From Rotaria socialis (taxonomy: Eukaryota), in assembly GCA_905331485.1 (NCBI GenBank), contig CAJNYT010000045.1, forward strand, positions 51,001 through 115,000: a DNA stretch of 64,000 nt, written 5' to 3'. Of the stretch, positions 40,801-53,969 are shown piece by piece. Position 1 is the first letter of the stretch; the number at the start of each line of letters is the position of its first letter. The notes below the pieces were generated by a model. It ran no database searches. It was not told the origin of the DNA and was given only the letters and a program-made list of their open reading frames with translations. The position numbers and the translations under genes are program-made.

Positions 40801-43800
40801 GAAAAATACATGAATGGAACTATCATTAGTAACTTATGGCTTGTAGTCAAAAAGGTTATTGAAGTACCTGCTGATATTAAGGTAATAGAGACCGCGTGTC
40901 TATTTATTTTTCTTCAAAAGATTTTCCTACTAACTTTAGATAAAATTGCGTGACGTAAAAGGTGATGTTGATACGACGATCATTGCCATTGCCTATCCGC
41001 TCAATGGCATTCAAGACTCTTCATCATCAACAGTCCCACCAACACAACCTGTTTTTGCATACTTACCACTGTGTTCATATGGATTTCGTTTTATTCTACA
41101 AGCTGATTTTGAAGTTCCGGCAAATCGACAAGAGATTCTGCATGATAATTTATGGAATGAATGGCTTAAATCAGAAATGACTTGCCTTCTTTCGTTAGCC
41201 TATTATCAATTTGAGCATCTTCACGAATTACTTGTATCATCTAAAATGAATACACAAATCAATAACCAAGTAACACCGATACAAATGATAAAATACTTTC
41301 TTAAATTTTTTCCTCTTCAAAATGAATCAAAACCATTCTTCAATAAATTTGTCGATAAAAGTATTCAATTATTAAGAGGAATTATTAAATTACCGATTTC
41401 TCAACAAAATGAAAAAGGCGAAACTGTAACCGATTGGGTTTCGCCTTCTCAATGTGTAATTGTGCAAGATCAATTTATTCGAAAAATTCTCTCACAAGAT
41501 CTGTTATTATCGCACTTTAATAGTTATTATGTACACGAAGAATTAGTCCATGAATGTGATGAACAAATTCTATTGAAATTAGGCTGTCGCCAACTCGATT
41601 TTTCAGATATTACATGTCTTATTGAAATGTCATATCAAAAAAATGAACAGCAACATCTTAAAACACCAGCAGCTATAGAACAAAGTGAGTTTTTAACATG
41701 TGAATTAATTTTCTCGCAAGTATATGAAGATTTATCAACAGTAAAAGCTAGCGACTGTTATTTTCAGTAGTCGATAGAGGAGAACTGCGAAAGTTTTTCT
41801 TACACAGTTCGGCGATCCATAAACCGAATAAAATAAAGATATTCGGTATCTAAAGTTGAAGATACCGCTCATTTTGATTTATTTCTAATATCTCATCGTT
41901 GGGAAAAGAAATTCATGCGTTCAGTTTTCGTAGGATGTCTTTTTAATTTTCACGTAAGAACAAGTAGCAGTACAGCGGCGCTGTTATTTTCCCAGCATGC
42001 TACAATTAATAGACGATCTGTAGATTTCATCAGTCTTGATTGACTACATATTTCTGCTTGGATTTAAAAATAGATTTTTAGATCGATTCATATATATTGA
42101 TAAAAAAATGTTGACTGCCCTTCAGTAAATCAGTTGAGAATTATACAGATTATTATCTAGTTGTTCATAATTTAGCACAAATGCATCTATGATGAATAAT
42201 TTTCTTTCTAGTTGCTCAATGGCTGGCATGTCTTGACTATAGTCTTCAAGAACAACGAGAAGAAATGAATTATAAAGAACGTGAAAGTGAAACCATTGCT
42301 AAATTGAAAAAATTAAAAATCATTCCATTAAAAGACCATTCACGTTTAGTATCTGTTGATGAATTCGACAAACACGCGATCTCATTTCCATTGAGTAAAT
42401 CTAATAAATTTTCAAAGCATCTTAAACTTGTTCTTGACGATTTACCAACAGTGGATGAACAATTAATTAACTTCATTGAAGATAAATATCCAAGGCGAGC
42501 TGAGTCCATTCAACGTCTTTTTCAAAATCTTGGTAAAAATATATCAGCATTCTTCTTCTATACATTCTTTTGCTTGTATAGGTATCACCAGAGAACATAA
42601 TATTCGTGACATATATCGTCAGCATATGCTACCGATTATGTCGGATGAAACTCGTTGGTCTTCAAAATCAGAATCCGTATTGATTGCTTATGTTTTATGT
42701 ATTTATGAGTATATTTACGCACCTAACATTAATCAATTCGAAAATGAATTAAAAACATTACAAAATAAAATGATTGTCAAAACACGTAATAATAAATTTG
42801 TTTCATTGGGTTCTCCCGATGTCATTGTTCATTTAACATTAAAGTATGACTGTAGAACTTCATTGGAATCTTTAAGTTCATCAAATCATGAATTCCTTTT
42901 TATTTCGGATGATTACATAAACGAGTTCTATCATACAGAAGCATTCCGTACTGGTCAAGGTGCACGTGATTTTGTCAAATTTCTTAAGAGCCTGAATATA
43001 AATGACTTTCTCCACGTAACCATCAATGAAAAATGTAAGTAAACCATTTTAAAATTAATATCGAAATAAATTGAATGTTTTCTATTTTATTAGCGTTTTT
43101 GACTGTTCAACAACTTGCCGATACTAAATGGGCCTATTTAATTCCACAACTATCTGAAATGGTTCATGACACATTTATCATACAAGATTGTTCGTGTGAT
43201 GAATTCAATAAACTCGTATCACCGTCTGGCGACAACCAAACAGTTAATCTTGAATTATGTGTTCGATTACTTCAATATTTAGATTCGCATTATAGAGACG
43301 ATCCGAGCTACTATGCAGGTTCGGTGTCACTATTTCGTCCACATAAATTTGCTCGTCATACGCCAATAAAAGGCATTGAATCGTCGTTTTGTTTGTCCTT
43401 ACGACAACATGCATGGATTCCTGTTCATGGTGACATATTACTTAAATCAAGCGAAGTGTATTTATTGCCACCAAATGATCCGACATCAGTCTTTCGTCGA
43501 TATGTACCACATATAGATGAATCAAAAGTACGCTTAAAAGAGCAAGAATTTATTTATAATATTCTTGGCATAAGATCGAAAATTGAGCATCGAACAATAT
43601 TTGAGCTGTTTATGAAATGGTCGTGTAATCTTGATAGTGAATCATTGTCGAAATTGATCAACCAGGCAAATACATCTGATATGTAAGTATTTGTTAAAAT
43701 CAAAAGCATATCAAACCACTAAATTAATTCATATATTAGATTAAGAATCGAAAAAATTAATTTTTTTTATTTTAGCATTCCTTGCACTCTTCCGAAAACA

Positions 43801-46032
43801 TTCCGTCAATCATGTCTCGACACAATTGATAATTTTCGTCAGATTTATCATTTTCTGGCTTCCAACGATACTACTTGTAATCTTCTCAGTCGTTTTCGTT
43901 CATGGCCCATTGTATTCATTCCACGAAATCAAACCACTGGCGACTTCTTATTCGTTGAACAAACATTTTGGAACGATCCAGCCTCCCTACTGTCATCACA
44001 AAATGCGATTGCAGATTCAAATGGTCGCATTCCTATTCAATCGTATTATAATGATAATTCCTTGTTTCATTCACTCTTTGTTGAAATACTTCATGTTGAA
44101 TTACACCCGACTGTCGATGATTATTTACCATTATTATCGATTCAACAGGATATTCAGAAAATTTGGCAGATTATTGAAATAATTACTAAATTAGCCATGG
44201 AACAGAACAAACAAATAGAAGTTCGAGGTATAAAGAAGATCGTGCTTCAGAAATATTTAATTTATTTTTATTGTAGAAAAATGTCTCGATATTGCTTTCA
44301 TTCCGTGTATGGATAATAAACAAAAACTAGTGAAATACATCGATCGTCCATATTATCCGCATGATGTCGAGATCGCCAATCAATTTTCAGATGTTCTATC
44401 AATTATTAAATTACCAGGTAATACGAAAAACAAATTGCATATTCACTCAATATCATTAGTTTTTAAGAGTTCCCGATTATGACTTCGTTTCAAGAACAAT
44501 TCCGTTCGCTTTTTAATATTGAATCTCTTGGTAAAGTCGTTCAAACAATAGTTCAAGTTGAAAATGAACAAACATCAACGAGTCTACTTGATTTTTACAG
44601 TTCTTCTATTGATCTAATTCAAGATTTTCTATTAAAAAAGCAACTTATATCACAACCACGATCTGCTCATCTTTCAACTGTATTCGCTCGTATGCATTTT
44701 GTTTGTGTCGATCGTATTGATTTATCATACTGCCTTGGAAATGATATCATAAAATCAGCATCAACATCCTATCGTAAAGATTCCTATGTCGATGAACAAT
44801 CAGGCAAATTTTTTATTCTAAAAAAATTTGAAAGATCTGAGATGCGCTATATCGATGCAATGGTTGAATTTATTGTGGAAGACGAAATGGTGCGATCACA
44901 GCTCACATCCTGTATAAAGAAACTTTTGCAAATTTATGAAAAAGATGATCAAGATGGGTTAGGCAAAGTACGAGAAAATCTTATGGTCGATAACGAACCT
45001 AAATGGATTATTCCGAAAGAAATTAAAAAAGAGATACCGATTCCGGAACCCATCATAGAACAAGAGAAACCAAAGATCACAGCTGAGGAACTTGAAGAAT
45101 TGATGGAGGAGCGTTCCATTCGGCCGAAACTACCGCCGAAAAAAGTAACCACTGAAGAAAATACTAATGTAATAAACAGTTTTCCTGCAAAAGCTGGCAT
45201 TTGCGAAACTTCTGATAAAACCACTCCGAAGATACACAACCATCCGAAAGACAATAATTCAACGGACGATGATAATAAATCATCAAAATCATATTCAAAT
45301 AATCAAAGCCATGATCAAGAACATGTAGTACAGAGAAGCACCACTACAGAACATAATGGTGGTAAGGCATAGATAGAATTTCTATGATGAATATATTAAT
45401 TTTCCTTTCTTTTAGAAATTTCTAACGCACACGAAACAAATAATGAGGAGAGAATACCAAACAAAGGTCCCTATGTGCAATCACAGGCTCCTATTGCCTT
45501 TTCAGGCCCGATTTTGTCGGCATCAGCTAATTTCGAGGATGTTGCTGTTTCGACTTTGACGAATATCGATCTAGACGCTTTCACTTCGACTGATAACTCG
45601 TCCAATATAAGTGCTTCGCATCCGATTGGTACTGAAGCCGATCGTATAACAGGTCGATTAGGTGAAGAACTCGTTTTTCGCTACCTTCAAAGTAAATATC
45701 CGGATGACGATATTAAATGGATGAATCAAGATGCAGAACACGGTACTCCTTATGATATTCATCTGATTGTTAAATCAGATAATAATCAAGAAAGATTTAT
45801 TGAAGTTAAAACCACTCGATCCTTTGATCATAATTCATTTCCAGTATCGATTGGCGAAGTTGAACATCTTCTTCAACATCCATCAAATTATTATATTTAT
45901 CGAGTTTACTATGCTGATAAAGCAGAATCATCAATAATTACAATCATGAATAGAATTAAATTAAATTTAGAACGAAAATATCTCAAACTTCTAATGACTT
46001 TTGAATCAAAGCCAGCAGATGGACAAAAATAA
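37845..46032 (+). CDS. NO VEIN-like / sacsin-like giant protein, ~2253 aa, 12 exons. A histidine-kinase-like ATPase domain (HATPase_c / sacsin SRR type; 'VLELIQNADDNQY...LVCNNEIGFQPNNIMAICNVGASTKGK...GYAGHKGIGFKSVF') lies in exon 4. A C-terminal DUF3883 restriction-endonuclease-like domain ('ADRITGRLGEELVFRYL...IKWMNQDAEHGTPYDIHLI...RFIEVKTT...') lies in exon 12. Model: join(37845..38090, 38368..38969, 39025..39791, 39947..40881, 40940..41684, 42212..42532, 42582..43034, 43094..43682, 43776..44227, 44277..44417, 44468..45361, 45416..46032).
   Basis: Eight long ORF-track segments (38383, 39038, 40168, 40946, 42265, 42476, 43075, 44062/44479, 45475) are all on the + strand. They are joined by GT..AG introns of 47-527 bp with consistent phases. 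Summed exon length is 6762 nt, divisible by 3, with a single terminal stop. Motifs ELIQNADDN and GIGFKSVF are the hallmark of the NOV/sacsin HATPase fold. The C-terminus matches the DUF3883 (NOV C-terminal) pattern. Confidence 0.85.
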
Positions 46033-47583
46033 TTCTCGATCAATGCGTTTTCAAAATGACATAAACCATTTGTTTTTTTAGAAAATTTCAATGCTTTCTT
46101 TAATTTTTCCATTAAAAAATAAAATATTCTTATCATCCCAACTGACGATCTTTTTGAATTCTAGCTAAACAAGTATGAACTTCGGTCTGAAATTTGATTT
46201 GAAGTCACAAGGCTTCTATTATTCTTTCGAAAATCATATTTTTATTATTATTATTCGAAAAACACTTCTGTAGATAGATCACCACATTCTGAAAGTTCGC
46301 TGTGGTGTTGATTCTTTTACAATCCTTCTCTAAATAAACTGTCTAAAACAAATAGTTCTTGAAGACACTTCAGACTGACATACTCTTTCAAGCGAAAAAA
46401 GAAAATGAAATAAGTGCTCGCTGAGAATTTTCGTTTGCCAAGTATCTTCTGAAAATGTTATATTGATGTAATAAAATTTTCTTGCGATTCACATGGGCGT
46501 AGTTCAAGATTGATTGTTGATAATGTCGACGTTAATTGAGTAATCAAAAGTATTCTTCTCTTTTCGGCTTCATTCGTTGCATGAAATCATATGTATTGGG
46601 ACGTAATGAAATTAGTTTTGAAGAAGAAAAACATAAATTTCAAATGTATCAATCGAGCACAATATGCAAATGGCCTTTTTTAACCTTCGTGCAAGACAAA
46701 AACATTAATGTTAAATACGAAAGCTATTACATCGTAATTTATCAACCTTCGTTGAATAATTATCATTTTTCTTAGATAAACGATGAGATAATTAAATATT
46801 TTAGTGATGACATAACCATTATATCAATCATGGAAAATAGTTTATTTGATTTTTTTAATGCTACAAAACGATGTTTTTCTCGTTTCTATATAAGTGGCAC
46901 TCTGATACGTACGCATTAAATACATCCATTTATACAATGATTCTTACGAGTTCGTTTCATTTGCAAACATTCAAAATACAGCAAATGCACATTGCTACTT
47001 TGGCCATGAGATGAATAATTGTTATTTACACTATTATGAAAGCATGTGCTAAAATCTTCAATTTGGCATAAGCAATATATTTTTTCTCTTTAATTTCTAT
47101 ATATTTTAACTCATTTAAAATAGAAACTTCAAATAAGCATGAGTAACACTTGACGAATCAATGACAGCTACCACCATTTTACCCAGTTCTCATATTAAGA
47201 AAAAACAATATACCTGTATTATTCGTATTCGTCACAGGGACGGCGCGAAGCAACAGAAATATAGGAGGGTTACTTGAAAACGGAAGGTTTTTTTTCAAAA
47301 ATCGGAGTAAAATTGAAACAAAAATTTCCAAAGTTGGGGCCCCCCCCCTGGATTCGTCAATATTTTATTTTATCGAATAAAGAATGACATCATTAGAAGG
47401 AGAGCCTAAGTTAATATTGTCTGCGCATCTGTAGCATGTGTATTGAAACTAATCACAAAAACAAGTTTTTGATTTGTTTAATCTCAGTCTATAAAGTTTA
47501 TCTTTAACATTGTATTCATCCAGATTACTTTGAGAAAAACAATTGCGTATGAAAAATACAATAAAATCATAAAATAGTTTCGA

Positions 47584-47973
47584 TTAATCAAAGCCCTTCA
47601 AGTAGCTTGCTTTTGCTTTGTTTATCATTTTGTCAATAGCTGAGAGAAGCTCTTCTTTTGAATTAGGTTGATTCGGAAATGGAATTGTAAAAATTCGAGT
47701 AGTCGCATCCGTGTGTTCATTGAACATGCGGTCATTTTTCTCTACTTCTTCCCATCGATGATAGTTGCATAAAAGACGAAGACCAAATTTGTCTACAGAA
47801 ATAACTTCAGCTATTGATAGCCGTTGTAGTTCAGCTTCAGGCTTCGGACCAAAAGTCATATCAACTAATTCGGCTAATTCAGTCGAATAATTTTTATTTA
47901 AACTATTCACGATTTTTGATACTGTTTGTTCGTCATAAATACCTTCTATTGTTTGCATCGTTGCTAAAAACAA
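47584..47973 (-). CDS. Hypothetical intronless 129-aa protein (MFLATMQTIEGIYDEQTVSKIVNSLNKNYSTELAELVDM...).
   Basis: Balanced-composition ORF with no internal stops and globular-looking sequence. I could not assign a family from memory. Confidence 0.35.
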   Translation of the reverse strand: MFLATMQTIEGIYDEQTVSKIVNSLNKNYSTELAELVDMTFGPKPEAELQRLSIAEVISVDKFGLRLLCNYHRWEEVEKNDRMFNEHTDATTRIFTIPFPNQPNSKEELLSAIDKMINKAKASYLKGFD

Positions 47974-48343
47974 AACAAAACGAAATCAACAAATATTTTC
48001 ACATATGATAAATTTTATCTATTCTTTTTATAGGCACACATTTGACTGCACGACGATTCAAGATTTTATGACTCATTCAGCACGATTTATATCGTGCTAC
48101 TCCAACGAGTATGAACAATTCATTGATGATTAGTATTAAATTTATTCGAATATATTTGATATTAAAAAATCTCTTGAATACAAACCACAAAAATGATACA
48201 TAGCTAGAAATAAAATCGACTAAATTCACAGGGATTAATACAGCCGAACATGCACAACAACAGAGTACTCCATAAAAGAAGATCAAAAGATGTGCGAGAA
48301 CTTTAAATACGGCTGCGTTCGTACATTGCTTTGATTGAAATAA

Positions 48344-48826
48344 TTATAAATTTGAGGGTTGAGCGAATTCTTTTGTCAATGAACGAGCCTTCTCTTCGCT
48401 TTTCTCTTCTAAATTATCACCTTCAACGGGTACTTGATAATTCGGTTTTTCTAGTAAAGCACGCATTTCAAATAATATTTTACCAAGTGTTATACTAGGT
48501 GCCCATGTCGCATTCAATTGATCATTACATGCCGTACCCGTCTTTGAATCAATATTAGGATGACAAATAGGCGTAGTAAAATAAAACTCAGGTGGTTTAA
48601 ACGGATATTCAGGCGGATATCTAATCAAAAACCGAAAATGACCGCTAGCATATGGCGTATTATCTGGACCGATCAATATGCCAGTCATCTGATTGATATT
48701 ATCTTCGCCAGTTGTCAAGTTCAAAGAGTAAGCAAATGGTAAGGGATTATCGGTTAATTCTTGTAAATTACGCTGTATACGTACGGTTTGTCGGTTAGGA
48801 GTGGCTGAAGATAAACCACTTGTCAT
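48344..48826 (-). CDS. Ubiquitin-conjugating enzyme E2 family protein (UBC fold), intronless, 160 aa. Has an HPN motif and a putative catalytic Cys in 'ICHPNIDSKTGTACNDQL'.
   Basis: UBC-core pattern '...ILIGPDNTPYASGHFRFLIRYPPEYPFKPPEFYFTTPICHPNID..G.aC.d.L...WaPs.tlgkIL..m..LL..PN' with a C-terminal extension. Complete ORF with ATG and stop. Confidence 0.75.
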   Translation of the reverse strand: MTSGLSSATPNRQTVRIQRNLQELTDNPLPFAYSLNLTTGEDNINQMTGILIGPDNTPYASGHFRFLIRYPPEYPFKPPEFYFTTPICHPNIDSKTGTACNDQLNATWAPSITLGKILFEMRALLEKPNYQVPVEGDNLEEKSEEKARSLTKEFAQPSNL

Positions 48827-48880
48827 GTTTTATATATATCTGAAAAAAATCGATATATATATATTTATATAGAAATGAAT

Positions 48881-49706
48881 TTATTTTTTTAAATTTTTAT
48901 TTGAAGTTTTCGGAAGCAAATTTTTATTCATGACACTCCACACGCCGCTTATTTGGCGATCACCTTTTGTTACTGGTGTACAATTCAAACTACGTAAATC
49001 CGGTAATAAACTGAGAACGTACGAACGTAGATAAGGCACATTCATTTCAACTGGATTACCATGCAATGTTAAGTATTTTAGTTCTCTCAACGAAGCTAAT
49101 TTCTGTACTTCACCTGGATCGCTGAGCATGTTTTTATGAAAATAGAAATATTTCAATGAAGGCAATCGTGTTATAACCTAAAAAGAAAAACATGCAAATA
49201 AATGATGAAGAAAGAAAAAATATATTTAATGACATCTGCTACTTCCTTCATGAACAATATTGAGTCACCACTCGTCTATAGATGTCACTAGTCTATTTTC
49301 ATTGAAGTTTTCTTACTTACTGTGGGAATTTCAGTAAATTCATTAAACGATAAATCCAATGACGCGAGAGCAAATGGATTCATGAGAGTTTTTCGTAAAA
49401 ACTCCGGAAATGTATCCATAGGACCACTTAAGGAGTTATGATTTAAATTGATTCCATAAGAATGATACCGGTCACCTTCCACAACTAATTTTGAACCGCC
49501 CGTTGATACACGTGGTTCAACAACTGCATCTATGCGTGAATATTACTTTTTTCTTTCAAAAAAGCTCTGACAAAATAGATCATGTTACCTTCGAGCTTTC
49601 GTGCATTGTGAAACGAATAATCTAATGGAGGATATGATTGTGTATGATTATCAATTCGTTTTTCTACTACTAATGCATTTCGTTTTAAACCTAATGATGA
49701 AGCCAT
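48881..49706 (-). CDS. LRRC51: Leucine-rich repeat-containing protein 51 (LRRC51) orthologue, 207 aa, 3 exons: join(complement 49589..49706, 49321..49529, 48881..49177).
   Basis: Translation 'MASSLGLKRNALVVEKRIDNHTQSYPPLDYSFHNARKLEG|DAVVEP...LDLSFNEFTEIPT|VITRLPSLKYFYFHKNML...LTLHGNPVEM...YRSYVLS...NCTPVTKGDRQISGVWSVMN'. It matches LRRC51 landmarks (PPLDYSF, LDLSFN, LHGNP, YRxYVL, GVTKxDR...VW.RMN). Exon lengths 118+209+297=624, divisible by 3. Donors are gtaaca and gtaagt. Confidence 0.8.
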
Positions 49707-50213
49707 GGCGTACGAACAAAAAAAAGATGTGTATGATCGTGATCTTTGATGTGATGAAAAAATAATGTTGCTAAGCAACGATCATCTATTCAATTTTATA
49801 TTTATCTATGTCGATAATTTCAATCAGGTTAATTGTTTAAACTTAAATAAAATAGTGAAATCAATTCTTATGTTTAAAAATTGCCTTCTAAATAATATGA
49901 AGGCTGTCGTCAAGCAACCATACCCAAAACAAGTACTCATGGCTGAATAAGAAAAAAAAACATGCATGTGCATTGAAAATATAAACAAAGAGAAAAGCTT
50001 TAGTGTACCACTTGAAAGTCGACATTGAATTGCATTTAAATGAAAACGTACGAATAATTTTTAGATATTTGAAGTCTTGGTAAACTCGAATCTTCGTCAT
50101 TTTAAATAGATGGCTGCTACAACAGTTAAAACTGAAGCTATTTGTATGAGACATGAATTCTTTTTTTCCTTCTTCGTCTCATATTCATTTCATTTAAATT
50201 AGTAAATGACAAA

Positions 50214-50705
50214 ATGAAATTTCGTACACAAATTATCGATGGAAAGCCACAGATATTCTTTGATACAAATGGTTTGTTAATTCATTTTTTTCTTCTTCGA
50301 TCATCTAAATTCTAATTCATCATAACAGAATCTTCAGAAAAATCAAGAACAAAACGAAATAGTCGAGCAACAAATAGTACAAATCGTCTTCCTGATCAAA
50401 ATAAAAATAAATTCAATAATCAACAGTCTTCAGCACAAAAGGGTGCGAATAAACAAAAAGCTAAAACTGAACAATCAGCGAATAAAGTACGAGTTAATGA
50501 CGATGGTTCATCATTAGGAGTTTATATGACTATGGACGAACTAGCTGAACTTGTCAAAGCTGTAAAAGAAAATGCCAAAAGTAAAAGGAAAAAAGTTTTT
50601 CAAACGAGTATTTTTTTAAATATTTTAGCTGATGATAAGCCTCAAAACGAAGTTAAACGTAAATTGACTAAGTTTCTTAAAATATATTCCTCGGGTAATT
50701 TTTAG
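50214..50705 (+). CDS. Hypothetical protein, ~140 aa, 2 exons: join(50214..50271, 50329..50705). Basic Lys/Asn-rich, with a 'LGVYMTMDELAELVKAVKENAK...FLNILADDKPQNEVKRKLTKFLKIY' helical region. Possibly the 5' part of the downstream gene.
   Basis: ATG, gtttgt donor, cataacag acceptor and an in-frame open exon to the TAG at 50703-50705. Only 8 nt separate this stop from the next gene's ATG at 50714. Confidence 0.3.
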
Positions 50706-50713
50706 CAGAGTCA

Positions 50714-53700
50714 ATGCCGCCACCGCCACCTCCGCCACCAGTACAGCAATACAATGAAACAACAACTCGGCCAAGTATTCCTAAATTAGAACTACCGTCG
50801 GAACCTGCACCAGCTCGTATTTCACCTCGAGAACAAGTTCTAAGTATTATGGCTGAAAAGAAACGTCAAAAATGGATACGAGAAAAAGGTAAAATATATT
50901 TTTTTTCGTAAGAACTTGTTTAAGAAGATTTCTAAATTTTAGCTGAAATTGAACGATTACAAATGGAAATCGAATACGATCAATTGAAACAACAATTATC
51001 TCCTCGTCATAACAAGCCTTCTGTATCTCCCGGTAGAATCGAAAAAAAAAATCTACTTCAACAATATTTTCTCATTGTTAGAACGATCAACATTTCAATA
51101 TGATTTTCCAACATCAAACAACAGACCGCCACCTGTCCCATCGGGTCCACAACCATTCAAACCAAATGAGCATATGCATGACATTCCTGCAAAAATCACC
51201 GAAAGTAATAAAAAAAAACAACGCAACAAAAACTCAAAAGAAAAAGAAAATAATTCGTTTTCCTCCTAGATCAAAATAATGATCTGTTAAAAACACAACT
51301 AATGGAAAGGAAACAACAACAGTGGAAACAAGAAAATTGTATAATTTAAAAGAATTTGATAGACACTGTACTGTTTGAATTCATTGTTTTTCAGCTGAAA
51401 AAAATCCAAATTGGAATCCTTTCGGCCGTCCAGGTGCTGGGGCTCCTAATCTCAACGAAAGTTATCAAAGAACATCTGTTTGTTTATCTATGTTTGTCAA
51501 ATTCTCACAAATAAATTTCTTTTTCTAGCAAGTAACATCAAATAACGTTACATCATACCGTCCACCAATGCAACAACAATATTCTGATACTTCATCACCA
51601 ACATTATCCACCACAAATATTCATAGTGATCAAACACATATTCCAGCCGCTATGCGAAGAAATTTATTATTTGGTGATGTTCGTTTTGAAGACGATGTTA
51701 AGACAGCGAAAGAAATCGAACGTCGTCAATGGTTAGAAGATTTGCAAAGGCAAGTTGAAGAAAAAAAGCAAAGAAAATTCAGTGTATACGAAACAGATCG
51801 TCGACAAGATTTTTTACGTGAAAATGTTCAACCAATTATTCAAGAAGCTGCCAGTCGACATCAACAACCAACAATGGAAACAAATGATCCAACGAAATAT
51901 GAGAGAAGATCTCAATTATTGGATAAACTTCAACGTAATGGATATCCAATAGATTCACTAGGTAAAAACATTCCAGGTAACATATTCGATTTCATTAAAT
52001 TATCAAGAATCATTCTTCTTTTTCTGTCTGTTGGCTAGATGGTAGATCAAACGGTTCAGTATCGAATCAAACAACAGGCGACAAAATTTTCGGTTCAACT
52101 TATGATTCAGCATCAGCACAAAATATGACAACTAAAGTTGAGCCATTGCATTTGAATGTCGGTATGGATCGACATCAAGCTTATCGATCGAAAGACACTC
52201 GTCGCGATGAATCTGTTAATACAGTTGATTCTACTTTTCGAAGGTAAGAACAATCTCGAATTTTCACGTTTCGTCTCGAATTCAGTTTGATATTTGCACT
52301 CTTCTTTTTTTGTTCTTGCCAATTTTTTGTATCTAATAAAAAAAACAATATATATTATTATGTATTATGGCTGTTGTATTATAATGGCTACAAGTCATTT
52401 CTTACCTTTTGCTAATAGCAATTTCATCCATTATTCTTATTCTTGCGGCAATAAAAGAAAGAAATAATCAGCATTGATTTAAAAACTGAATTCCCACTAG
52501 CGATGAGGTGGTATAGAAAAAGTGCTGACTGACAAAGATAATTGACTATTTCGACACAAGAATCCATATAGAAAAAAAAAATTACGGAGCTTGTAGCGAA
52601 TAAAAAGATATTCTAGATTTCAATTCAACCAGCGGCGGATTGAGAGCGAGTGATTGTTGCCATTCCTAAAAAGTTCTCTTCACAGAAAAAGCCTATGCCC
52701 ATGAGAACTTTGAATTCTAAAATCTGTTCTTAAATTTAAAAAAGTAAAAGATGATATTAAATTTTATGTTTTTTTTCCAGTGATCATGGTGTTCAAACTG
52801 ATCTTGGAATGTCACAAAATCGACAAACAAATCCCTATGCTTATGAAGACTCAGACCTACCTCCTCAAGTTCCCAATCATCATTTTCGTAACTCAGGTTA
52901 TCGTAATATTCCAAATCAACCAGGCAAAAACAATCCTCGGTTTCATTCACAAGATGATAACAATCCATCGCGTCGTACGTCAACAATGAATCATAGGAAT
53001 TCCAGTGATGACGGTACAGCATCTCAAATGAGTAATGCACGTAGTTTCAATGGTCCAAGAGATGTCAATAATCGTCCACTGTGGAATTATAGAAATGCAG
53101 AACATCGTGAATATATTCCAAATTCAAAACGTGATCCTCATTATGAAAAACGACAACGTCTTAAACATTTCGAGCAAGGCAATTTCGATCGTATTGATGA
53201 TGTTCAAAAGAAAATATGCTACAATCGTTGGAATAGCGATAGTGAATTACAACAAAAGAAACATGCTCCAACAAATCGTATACGTTCAACAACATCAAAA
53301 ATGTCAGGATTCGGAACGCATAAAGACGAAAGTATTATGAATCTACTCAAAGTACAAAATCGATTTGAACAAGAAAATTTTGCCGCAAGAAAAGCGTCAT
53401 CACTCCACAATAAAAACGACGATGAATATAATTCAAATCGCGGATCATCATTAGATAAATATGATAATTATAACACTCACATCCGATCAGATGAGGTATA
53501 TGATCGAGCAAAAATGAATTCACCATCATCTCACTCAAGAGACACATCACCTCATAAAGAATTATTAGAAGTACGTAAGAAACGATGAATTATTTTCTAC
53601 ATATATAAATAATTCTAACATGATTATTTTATTTTGATAGTAAATATTAATCAAAGTTCACGTAGTTCCCTTTCCTTTTATTTTGCTGCATGGCTGTATT

Positions 53701-53969
53701 CTATATATATTTGCTTATTATTTTAATATCCTAGAACCATACAAATGATAATTATCAACAACAAGAATGGGATAATACAAGTAGACAAATGCCTCCAATG
53801 GAATCTCCATCATACAATCCACCACAATCAAGACAAGAACATATCCTTCAGCAACTATCTGCTATTAAAGAAGTCTGTATAATTTTCGCTTATTAAGAAT
53901 TCTTACATTTGCTTATTTATCTTTTTTTTGTTCATAGAATTTGGTTCGTCGACAACGAGAACTTGCATG
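50714..53969 (+). CDS. Coiled-coil protein, CCDC66-like (tentative), 10 exons: join(50714..50888, 50943..51032, 51082..51204, 51270..51338, 51395..51477, 51529..51976, 52039..52242, 52781..53570, 53725..53862, 53934..53969). Poly-Pro N-terminus, 'ERRQWLEDLQRQVEEKKQRK' coiled-coil core, Asn/Ser-rich C-terminal region.
   Basis: Chain of ORF-track segments (50714, 51075, 51568, 52809) in consistent phase, connected through GT..AG introns of 47-538 bp. One donor (gtttgt at 51478) is weak. The CCDC66 assignment rests only on the remembered 'RRQWLE(D/E)L..Q.EE' motif. Confidence 0.45.

Noticed and set aside
44949-45254. 101-aa minus-strand ORF
   Set aside because: Antisense to the well-supported exon 11 of the NOV-like gene.
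47330-47350. G4C9G2 homopolymer-like run (ggggccccccccctgg)
   Set aside because: Compositionally odd but isolated. Possibly a sequencing or assembly homopolymer artefact; no structure or feature could be attached to it.
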